A stretch of 64,000 nt of DNA from Tubiluchus corallicola (lineage: Eukaryota > Animalia > Priapulida), in the NCBI GenBank assembly GCA_030141605.1, contig JAQGDQ010000128.1, positions 310,001 through 374,000 of the forward strand. The letters run 5' to 3'. The position numbers were made by a program, and so were the translations under genes. This document shows positions 1 to 10,985 of this stretch, in pieces (within the stretch, counting starts at the first letter, position 1; every line of letters starts with the position of its first letter). A model generated the notes under the pieces. It saw only the letters and a list, made by a program, of their open reading frames with translations, was not told the DNA's origin and made no database searches.

Positions 1-1286
1 AATGTTAAGCCAAATAGTAATCAACTTTATAAACTTCAAATTTTGACATTTATTAAAGAAACTTCAAGTAGCCACTGGACCTATGTTCTTCTCATTCACT
101 TTTCTGACAAGGCTTCAACAATCAAAATTTGTACACTGGTGTACGTATTTTAATATTATATGTACGTAATAATGTTTCACACTTTAAGGTTTTAAGAGAA
201 AGAGATGCTACAGCTTAAAAACATAGTATATTTGCAAGCAAAAATGACATTTTAATTAATAATTGTATAAACTGTGATGTGTTAATTGAATCAAAGTTTT
301 TTCTAAAAACTAGCAAAAGCAAAAAATTAATCATTATAAATAGTTGGCTATTTGTGTAGTGAATGATTCAATAGCTCTGGTGTAAATTGAAATGCATGTT
401 ATTAATTTTTTCATGTTTGTTCCTCGTTTAGCATAACACTGCTCTACAGCACCTAAAGTTCTCAAGTTTATTTTTGATCAGATGCTTTTTTCAATTTAAA
501 ATGATGTTTTTTGCCACTACCACTCATTTTTTGGCATTATTTGTTTATATTGCACAGTAATTGCTCCTGGATGCTTGCCTACTTGCTAACAGATGTTATG
601 GGCTAATTTTATTGGCCATATGTGTGCCTCAAGTAGAGGAGTATTATAAACACTTGGAAAATTGCATTCATTCGCAGTCACACATCTGACGAAGATTTTT
701 CTTTTGCCCATTCCATCAAATTTGTGTAAAAATAGATAAGAGATTGTCATTGCAATGATGAAAAGTGTCTTTATCTGCTCTTTTATTAAAAGAATAACAA
801 ATTTTAATCATGTCTTGCTGTTATATGAACAAAACTGGAAACCGTATCTTATTATTATCCTTAAAGGACATAAAAACAAATATGTGCTTACATAAGCCTA
901 AAAAATTGTCTTGAAATTTTGTATCATCTACATGTTGTCTCATAGCATGAAAGCTTATATTTGTAGTAACGATATGTAAATCTTGTAAATTTAAACTATC
1001 ACACTTGACACTAAGTTGGACACAGATTTTAACAGTTAGTCCTTGGGTAAACAACTGAAGCAAGTTCAGATAACACTATGTAACAGTATATGTAAACATT
1101 ATGGAATAGGATTGTGAGTCAAAAAGGTCTTATTTTACCAAACATTGCGATCATTTGTTATGATTTTTCTTTTTCAATTGCATCTGTGTCATTTTCATTA
1201 TGTCTTTTAAACAAGTAAGCATAATGATAGGTAATATAACTTTGTGTGAAAAAATTTCTTCTCTTTAAATTTCTGAATATTTGCAG

Positions 1287-1364
1287 GTCGGTCAAGCAGG
1301 CGTCGGGGCAGGAGAAGAAGAGGACCGAATCCCATTAATGCTTACCTCAGAGACTAACTTGTAA
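1287..1364 (+). CDS. Probable terminal coding exon of an unidentified gene that starts upstream of the window
   Basis: Acceptor tttgcag|GTCGG at 1286/1287 opens a GC-rich island in AT-rich DNA. Phase 0 reads VGQAGVGAGEEEDRIPLMLTSETNL*, followed by UTR-like AT-rich sequence. The other two phases are also briefly open, so the frame is unproven. Confidence 0.5.
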   Translation, partial: VGQAGVGAGEEEDRIPLMLTSETNL

Positions 1365-2529
1365 TTTATTCAATGTAAATATGAAAGAGATCATAAACTG
1401 GTCTGTACTATGTGTTTAAGGTAAAGTTTCACTGAGCACAAATGCGTGTGCCATATTGTGATAAGATGCGTGTGAAATCACGTGATACGGTTTTCTTGAA
1501 TTTCAGTGGCAGCCCACAGATTTGACACATTCGTTTTTTTGGGGGAAGTTGCGATGGCTAATTATTAACTTGCATATGTTACTAATGTTAAATGTATATT
1601 GTATATATATTTATAGGACTGTAATGATGTGCTTTTAGTTAACAGTGTAATATGATCGAAAATGAAAAAGAAAGCTGAGATTAGAATTATATGTGTATAC
1701 TAATTGCAATAACCTCATTAACCTGCACAGACAATTTTTTTCATAATGAAATAATTTATTCCGTTGTTTTTATATTTCACAACTATACACTTCCTCCCTT
1801 TAACCATTAGTATCCGTTTGTCAATTAGTTTATAATAATTGGCAAACTTTACTGTATGTATAATTAGGAAAAAACTTCATTTTTTGTTTAACATTTCAAC
1901 ACAGGTTTTGAACTGGCTTTACAAGCTTTTTTCTTTTTAGGATCTGCAAATTAGAATCTCTGCTTGTTTAACAACAGTTTGTTAAAAACTTTCAGAGGAT
2001 AGTTTAGTGTTAATCACATTCGTAAGATGAGGACAAACATTATAATAGTGATCATCTCAGAGTTCTATACAAATTAAATGTTTAAAGTTATTTAGCCTGT
2101 ACCATTATCATTATGTAAAATAAAGTATTTGTTACTCCACATAATAATGTTGTAAATGACACTGATTTTCCAAATTAATATTTTAAGTTTATTTATTTGC
2201 AAAATGATCCAGTCAGTTGACCTCATTTTTAGGCCATCACATCATCAGATTGCAGCAAAATTGTTTTCACTCGTACATAGTACAGAAAAAACACGCTGTT
2301 TGACACACCAAAAATTTAGAGAACACAATTTGGTGGCACACACTCAAAACTGCAAAAAAGTCGGCCTTTACCAAAAAACATGTCTAAATAAGGCTAAACT
2401 GCAGGTACACGTATGTTTTTAATGTGAAAGGAAACAATGATGATATTTCTAACGTTATCAGAACATCTCAGAATCCTAAAAATAAAAATATATATATCTG
2501 CTATTAGCAAAAAATGGTTTTCGTACCGT

Positions 2530-3555
2530 GGCTAGGGTTGTACACATACCCAGTGGAGAGTTGTTTTTAAGGCCAGAAAATGTGATGAGCATATTTATGT
2601 CACTATAACCATAAAATGTCATAAAGAATACAAATTTCATGTATATGCTGTTAACAGTATTTTAACAGAAAAATGCTTAAAAATGAGCAAAATAATAACC
2701 ACTAAGATGTACAGAATAATGTTTTAAGAGGAAAAAGAAGACTTAATCGTCACGTTATTTGTATTTGCTAAGAATTTAGGACAATCATTAGTGTCAGAAG
2801 CTATGAGTTGAGTTGTACAGTACTGCGTTCAAGACCGAAATGACGATTTTTCGCTTGCCTTTTTTTCCGAGCGGTACGAATTATTGAGACAATTCAGATA
2901 ATACCAGATCGATGTTTGGTTTGATATATAAATCACTAAATTTCGTTATGCAGTGGCGACGCTAGACGACAGAATTATGTATAAATAAATAGGCCACGTA
3001 TTAATAGATTTAGCGTATGTTATTTTAATTTCTATGATATTAAACAGTTTTTAAGCGCCAGTAAAACGCTTTTTGGTTTTTTTAATGGTTGTAACTATCT
3101 TTATCAACAAAAATTTAATAGAGCAACTAGTATGCTAGAGTCTCTATAGTTATTATTGCTAATATTTTACAACAACCATTTGGCGTCATCTACCGTCGAT
3201 TTGAAAAATTCTATCGCTTCTGTAGTTTATTTGCCTGTAACGGGTTCAACAGTTACGTCCTAGACTCCTAGAGCTTAAAAGTTAAATTGAATTAGTTAAA
3301 TATGAACAAATTTTTTTCAACATTAAGTTAACAAATAAAAACTGAAATTAAACTAAATAATAAAAACTGAAATTAAACTATCTCCATGAAAAATTTAGGA
3401 ACACTAACTAAATATCTCTACCACGTTCCACCTAACTATATGCCTCAAACATTTTTCAGGCATTTTGAAAAAAAACTTTAGTAACTTTTCCATAAACTCG
3501 TGATATTTTGTACTTTCAAGGCCAGCTGTACCACTGGGCTTATTACCTAGGGCGC
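2530..3555. mobile_element. Old, degenerate MITE-like element
   Basis: Imperfect inverted match between ~2533-2600 (ctagg...cccagtgg...aaaatgtgatgag...tttatg) and ~3491-3551 (cataaactcgtgatatttt...ccactggg...cctag). No clear TSD. Confidence 0.3.
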
Positions 3556-5139
3556 TAAATTCTAAAAGTATTTTTTTTAATTTTTAAGTTTGGCATAAAT
3601 AACAACATTGTATGTGTGCAACTGTTTAATGCGCAACACTTTAATTAAGTGACACTTTAATTTCTTGCGTTACTTTAAAAATGCCCCAAATGCATGCTTT
3701 ATCCACGCCCACACAAAGCTGTCTTCCCGCAACAAAAGATTTTTAGTTTTTGCTTTACCTGGCTTAAAATTACGTCTTTTCAGGCAGACTTTATATTAAC
3801 GCGTTACCTCCCGTAAAAATGAAAGTTTCTTGCAAAAACAATAACCTAATTATGGCATATAAACTTAAAAGAAATAGAAGTATTCAGAAGTGTAATACAG
3901 GAAACAAAAGATGAAAAAGCTGGGGGAGCTGGGGGACACTGAACAGCAAAACGATTTGCTAATGCAATATTTGCAGCCAGGCTATGGTTATAAAGATGAT
4001 GAAACTAGTGAAAGGGGAAAAATGAGTTAACGAATTAAACATTTTCATATTAAAAGGGATAAGGCTGAAGGAAAATCTGGTCCACTGCAAAAGTATGTAC
4101 ATAAACCGTTGAACAGAAATTGCAGGAATTTTGATTACTCCTGAAGACCCAGGTCAATGTCGTAAATTCAGTTTTAAATTCAATTAACGCAAGCTGCAAA
4201 TAGATAAATGACACTATAATACACGGGGAAGTGGTTGAGGAGGAGACCATAAAAATGCTTTTGCTTATGTGTCAAACTGACTACAGCCGACCCTGTATAC
4301 TTTTGTTATGCACTTCAACGTTTTTTTTTCTGATATGAACACATTAATTCTATAATTTCTATTGCATTATTTATTTTCATAAATTGAAATGTAAAGGTAG
4401 CTTTAATAAAAATCGCCAGGGAATAGCAGGATGCTTTGAACAACCATTAGAGCTGTTGTAATAGCACATTGCTTCATTACTGTCAAAACGTGCCTGTTAC
4501 GAGACAGTTTGTGCTTTACAACAAGGAGTTAAATTAAACCATGCGGGTATTAGTCGGCTACAGAATAGTCACCTCGGCAAGGTCCTTCGTTTCTACATTA
4601 TAATCCTATTTCGACAACATTTTAATCCTATTTCGATTAACAAGTTAGATGTGTCACTTGCGTCATACTGCACTCACTCACTCACACCTACGCCTGTAAT
4701 TACAAAGCTCCGTGCTATTCAGGGCTGTAACTATTGGAGTTACATTTGTGTGTCTTCAATGTGTGTTTATTTTCATTTATTGGAACCGGTATTCACGACT
4801 TCGTCTTAATTGCTCCTAATAGTAATTGTACAATGGGCTGCGAACGTTGCGTGCATGGATGACGAAGTATGAGGAAAGCCATGTTGGTTTCACAAACAAC
4901 GGATACAGGCTTATATCTTATTAGTTCTTGCATGGCTCAAATTACACGAAACTATATATGTAAATATATCGGCAATGTTAAAAGAGGATCTGTTCAATCA
5001 AACTAAATTTACAAAACTAAATAGTGCATAAAATGTGCGTCGTTCTATCTAAAGCATTACAACTATCATTTCCGTTTATTGCAGTCGTCGCAGCTGCATC
5101 TGCTTTGAAAGTGAAGCGGATATGGAACACGTTGTATTT

Positions 5140-5235
5140 GTTATATTATGTTATATTATGATAAATGTTATGTTATGTTACATTACATCACATCACATTA
5201 CATTATATTACATTACATTATATTATTTATTTATT
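5140..5235. repeat. Pentanucleotide simple repeat (TTATG/TTACA)n, possibly the tail of a minus-strand retroelement 3' end
   Basis: gttatattatgttatattatg...ttacattacatcacatcacattacattatattacattacatt. Confidence 0.6.
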
Positions 5236-5565
5236 TACAATAAAAAAGTAAAAAAGTACACAAAGAACGTAAAAAGGCACATGAACAATATTAGGCCTTA
5301 ACTAAAGTGCCAGGGCCAGCAACAGGGAAATTAATCTCCAAACAGCAAGCTGCCTGCTTGTAGATTACTGCATGCTGCAGTATGGTAGATGTGTTAAAAG
5401 TGCATATGTTACCAGCATTAGCAGAATTGTTAAAAGTAATCGACCGGTTTTTCAGGCACTGACCCGCCCAAACTAATCATTCATTTGTAGATTATAATTT
5501 TGTTGTTTTATTATTTTCATTGTAATAAAATATCTTGTAATACTGTGCTAACAGAAAATCTATAT

Positions 5566-5794
5566 ATGGCAGAGCGTGGCAATATGGACAAGCCGGTAAT
5601 ATGGACCTTATGGGTCAAATTTCGAATATGCTCTCTTATAAAGATTTGTACAATTAGTCGATAAATGTTGAAGTAAATACTAAGCTGGCAACCACAGCTA
5701 TCTACTGAACACTTTTGCAGGCTTGGATCCTAATAGGTGTAAATCAAAATCTATTTTTTTTTGTTTAAGGGTCCATATTCCCTCACTTTACCCT
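5566..5794. mobile_element. Small (~230 bp) MITE with ~24-bp imperfect TIRs inserted in a TA run
   Basis: Left end atggcagagcgtggcaatatggac matches the reverse complement of the right end (agggtaaagtgagggaatatggac) at 18/24 positions. Both ends are flanked by tata. Confidence 0.55.
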
Positions 5795-8637
5795 ATATAT
5801 ACATATATATGAGTTTGTTGCAGCTACTATCTCTGTTGATGCTACTACTAGTAATTGTGAGGAAAAGGGGAAAATAGGGGAACACTAATAATACCAGCAG
5901 TGGCCACAACACTGATGGTCCCACATTTTAGTCCCGTAAGGCGCTCATCATCTTCGATCTTCGCTACAAATGTATTGTTCTCTCCAGGTTAATACTGATC
6001 CTCTCCAAATGTCCCCGCATTTGTGCGATTTTGCAGCTGTTATTGTCCTTCTCAGATTAAAAATTGTGCAGATATACAAAAAGAAAAATCAATTTTTCAC
6101 CTGATCTAAACCTTTTCAAAACAAAATAGCGGTGCCAAATATGTATCAAACCTGTTTCGCCTCAACAGCAACTAGCGCAATGCAAAAATTAGATACGCCA
6201 CAACATTATCAGATTCTGTTTTCTCTGTTCATAAGCAGCTCTTGTATGCTAAAGATTGCGTTTGAATTGTCATGGCATAGTATTACTCGGCTATTGAGGC
6301 TTGAAATTGTAATCACAGAACTTAACAATAGTTCCAGTCAAGGAGAAAGAGATCTCCATGGCTTCTTGCATATTTACTTGTTTATTTAAGCCTAGTGAAC
6401 GGGTCTGCAATCAAGAATAGGTTTAAAAATACGTATTTCAAATGGCAGCAATTTAACTAAAGATAAGAGGCTTTGAAAACTATTTGCTGGGGTAATAGAG
6501 TGCTTCATTTATGGAGATATTAAAATTGAATTTGTTGCAAATATAAGTAGGCTTGCTCCCGGTTTTATTGATTTAAACGAAGATGGTAGATTTAATACAT
6601 TTACGGTTTTTTGAAAAGCGCAAAATCCAAAGCTTGCATTGTACACTGTAATTCTAAATAGAGTTAGGAAAATCTTGTACTGTTGAAATCTTAGGACCTT
6701 GTCTTTGACTAAATGGTATTTGTTAGTTTAGTTTAGTTTAGTTTAGTTTAAACGTTATTTATTTATAGTGGATTTACAAAACAGACTGCGTCTGATATAG
6801 GTATCTACGGTGCAAGTGCTGAGTGCAATGTGCTAATAAAAGAAAAATGGGCATCACAACTAATAATTATCACACTCCATTCAAAGAAAAATTTGATTCA
6901 ACTACAATCAGCAGATGATGATTAAACTTACATACATGATCTATATAAAGGCAATATTTTAAGAACAACAGTAATAATAAAAATACATTTACAAAGTAAG
7001 TTGGCTATTTGTTATAACAGCACATGTTTGATTGTATATTTCTAAGGGTTGTGTGGTTGATTGTAAAGCACGTCCTCTTTAAACAGATTAGGGTTGTTAC
7101 ATAAATGATTAGTAGGTATTTTCATTGTTATTGTCTGTGTAATGTGTAAAATATTTATGAGACATTTAAAAAATAGCGGTATGTATCAACCGATGCATTC
7201 ATGGCTAATAATCTCAATTACAATATGTTATCTCATGTCTCATTTTTCTTCATATACCTCAAAAACCTCAAATGTTACAAACTTTCAAAGCTCGGGTTTG
7301 GGATCGGAGTTGGGACCGGATAAGAAGTTCGGGACGGAACTGAATGTTCGGGATTTGAAGAAAGTTTAGGATCGAGGTTCGAGATCTCGACCACGATAAG
7401 GACATCTGATCCCCTACATGTTAGTAAAACTTTTGCGATAAGACTTTCGACTGCATATCTAGCGACGAAATAGATTTTTCTATCACCCATATCCTAACAC
7501 AGAATATTAGTGCTTGCTACAAAGATGAAACTTACTTGAAAAGATACTTAGAGAGACCCTGCCATGTAAACTATTGATGTTCGGAAAACCAATGGGTCGA
7601 CAGTTTACGTTTTTTATCAGCATTTAAACGTGCAAAACTTTTAATTTTGAACAATGAGTTTGTATCGATTCTATTTGCGAATGCATCAGTTTCGCCATAC
7701 TATCGCGCGAGCGCATGGCTCTGTATTCAGTTTTAGCTTATTGTACAACGAATAGTGTAAACGGCTTGAAGCCAAAACTCTTCGCTAGCTTCGGATTTTG
7801 TTACAACGTATGGTACAATGGTTAAATGTGACCCATGGTATCAGTTCATAAGAAATGTGATCACTTTGTACACTCAATGGAGTCTATAATATAGTCTGTG
7901 AGGCGGACAAAAACGTGCACTAAACAGCCAGTGATGACCGCCGTATTGACTTCACTGTTCAACCGCACAGTGTGGATAATTACAAATGAAGCACAGGAGA
8001 TACTTCTTCGTAATTAAACGACGCTGAAATGGTCTAAATTATTGAAATTTATGACGTGTTCATGGAGTTTAAGCTACCTATTTATCGCTAAAACCTGGAC
8101 ATACCCTTTTACATGTGCACGTACGCTTGTTTTGAAACCGCATTCAGCTTCTGTACCATTTTACTCACAGCTGTAATGCAACTTCATAACAACGTCATAG
8201 GAAGACTGCGTGAGATTTAAATGGAAAGTGAATATTGCGAATTGTCGCCATAGTTTCACGCGTTTTCTTAGCGCAAGCATCATCGGAGCAAACAACTACA
8301 CTGCTCAATGATATTCACTTTTCAGGTAGTATGTTGGGCAGAAGTAAACGAAAAAAGCTAAATGTCCTTGTTTAACCTAGTTCAGTTGAAAAGAGATAAA
8401 GAAAAAACCTTTAAAGGAACTTATTAGTACGTGTTGTGGTAAACTCGACTACATGCAATGTATGTGCAAAGATCTTTGCGATTTAATAAAAATAAAATAT
8501 TTTAGAGATAACGTGCAATTTTGAAAGTCAATCAATCTGGTAAGTATTTTCTCTAACACACGTGTAACAATATTCTTTTGCACTTATTCCTAACCTTTCT
8601 TTTAGATTTTAACGTATCGCAATAGAAGAGAGCTTAT

Positions 8638-9927
8638 TGTAATTTGCGAAACGAACTGAAAAATGCGAAAAGGCGTAAATTGCGAAGTTGAATTGCGAAA
8701 TAGAAACTGCGAAACTACGAGACTATAACAAGCAAAAACTAGCGATGTTTTGTATTTGACTACTGTTGGATAGAAGAAAAATTCTTGTAATTACACCAAA
8801 TTTATAATGTACTTTCGTCATGCTTTTCTTTATGACTTTCGCATAGCGCTGTTTCCTTCAGGCATTCTTCTTAAAATTGTCAAATCTTGCTCTTTACTGT
8901 TTTAAATTTCATTGGCTTATGACATATATGCATTATCTCTAACATGTTTTCACACCTCTGAGCTGTAATTTTGATCACTTGCTTTCTACCTTTGAACGTA
9001 ACACTACTTCACTGATCATGTAGACACTACTACTTCAGAACAAAATTTGCTGTGCAATAAAATCTTAAAATTAAATTTAATTTTTTTTGGTTTCTTCAAG
9101 CCAACTGTGATAAATTACAACATGCACCAGCAGTCAATGTTTTCCTTAGTTAAAAGCTTTGCTTGACTAAAACTAAATAAGCAGTGTCATGTACCTACTT
9201 ACTGAGTTACGTTTACTGATGGAATGAAAATTTACTTACCAAAGTTTGCCTGTTGCAAAGTAAATGCGGCAAAATACTTAACATTTCTGTATAACGGAAA
9301 AATATTTTTTTCAATAATCAGCAACCTAATATACTACTGTAACATAAAAATGCAAAATGCTCAACTAATTAGCTTTCACCTGATATACATAGTTATTAAC
9401 TCAACGAAAGGATGTATTTAGATGTGAATAAACAGAAATTAATAAACCTGATGACTTATATTAAAAGAAAATTTTCTTAGCTACCAGATTGTTGAAGAAA
9501 AACATTATGCCGAAAAATTGCTAACTAACCGGGATTCGAATTCAACACGAGTAGTTTGTACTCAACAGTATTGATTGATTGCATGCCCTTAAGGTGGTAG
9601 CTCAGCCCAACCAGCTCAGCTAGTTTCTTGCAAGTGCACACGTGGCTCAGTGAGAGGATTATTACGGTTCAGGATCTGGCGTCACGTGACAATGACTACA
9701 GTAGCTACAAACATTACGAAATCAAAAAATACGAAAACTGCCATTTTCGTCAATCCAACAATTACAAATTAATGTTAAAAGGTATGTGATCATTGTAATG
9801 AGGTTAAAATTTTTGTCGCTGGTGATTTTGTAAAGTGGCTCTTGTAAAGTCATTTCTCACTTTCCGTTTCGTAGTATCTATATCGCAATTTACGCATCTC
9901 AATTTCCATTTTGTTTCGCAAATTACA
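8638..9927. mobile_element. Non-autonomous DNA transposon/MITE (~1.3 kb) with TGT...ACA termini and subterminal (ttgcgaaa) repeats
   Basis: Left tgtaatttgcgaaacgaactgaaaaatgcg...gcgtaaattgcga. Right tcgcaatttacgcatctcaatttccattttgtttcgcaaattaca. The terminal 15 bp are a perfect inverted repeat, with similarity extending to ~60 bp. No TSD recognised. Confidence 0.7.
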
Positions 9928-10448
9928 GAAAGACAGAAAGACAGTCATGTCTCACTTCTTACACAAACCATTTCGCTTCAGTAACAAACAGCATGATAAA
10001 CGCACATTATTTACGAACTGACGACAGTTATTAGACTTGAGCGCGGGTCCTTTGTAATTAAGTCTGCATACGAGATAATAATTACTTGCGCCGTGCTGAG
10101 TTGAAGATTTCCAGCTTGTTGAAGTTTCTGTTCAACAAAATTTAACATTTTTGCAGTCATTAATTGTATACCTAAAGCTGATAATTGTATGCAGTGCAAA
10201 CTGGAATATGTAATTTTTAAAGATTATGAACAACTTTATAAAACTATTATAAGTAGAAGCACCAAGTTTCATTCAAGTCGGTACGTTATTTGTGGATAGT
10301 AGAGCACTAAGTGCTACCGAAATATTTCCAACTTCTGTTTCTTTATAATCTTCAAGCAGTTTCAAAATTTAATCCGCATTAAGTTTATTTCCGAAACCAA
10401 ACTGGACCTTAACGAAAGGAAGAATTGATTAAAAAGTTGGGATATGAA

Positions 10449-10790
10449 CCAGACGTAATGTAGTGGTCACGGCATCCAACTCTTAATTGAAAGATCCCTA
10501 GTTCAACTCCACGCCTGTAGGTCAAGTTTACTTTCAAAAACTCAATTAATGCGAGTTCATTCCATAATTAGTCAGTAATCTTGAACTTAAGATAATAATT
10601 AATTAATTACTTGCAGGTTATTCTAGGCATAATTCTCTATCATGAGCAAAATTTAAACGAAAATGTTAGCTTAGCTAGTGAGCTACTATGACTGAATTAA
10701 CACCTGACATGAGCACGACAAGGCTAGATGTCCTAATGGACTTCCGAAGGTCTCGGGTTCAAATACTGGCTCATTACCGGCTTTCCCCCC
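10449..10790 (+). mobile_element. tRNA-derived SINE-like remnants (degenerate tRNA-Lys(CTT)-like head plus a second B-box-like segment)
   Basis: A-box-like tgtagtggtc, anticodon arm tccaa-CTCTTAA-ttgaa, and B-box-like gttcaactcc at 10501. A second B-box-like gggttcaaatac near 10756 is followed by C and T runs. The T stem is poorly paired, so this is not a functional tRNA. Confidence 0.45.
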
Positions 10791-10985
10791 CCCCCCCCCA
10801 TTTCTTTTTTTTTTGGTTAAATTTTGTTTCAAAGATTCATTAAAGTGTGCTGGTCTTTTTTCAATTCTATAAAGTGATTACTGACTCCAAGCAATTTTGT
10901 AAGTTTCTTTCGTGTTCCGTGAGTTAGTCAACTTTTTTTCTGAAAGTTTCAGGCATTTGTGCAGTGTTGATGCAAAATCATTATA

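Noticed and set aside
10449-10520. Possible tRNA-Lys(CTT) gene
   Set aside because: The T and D stems are poorly paired; better explained as a SINE head or pseudo-tRNA.
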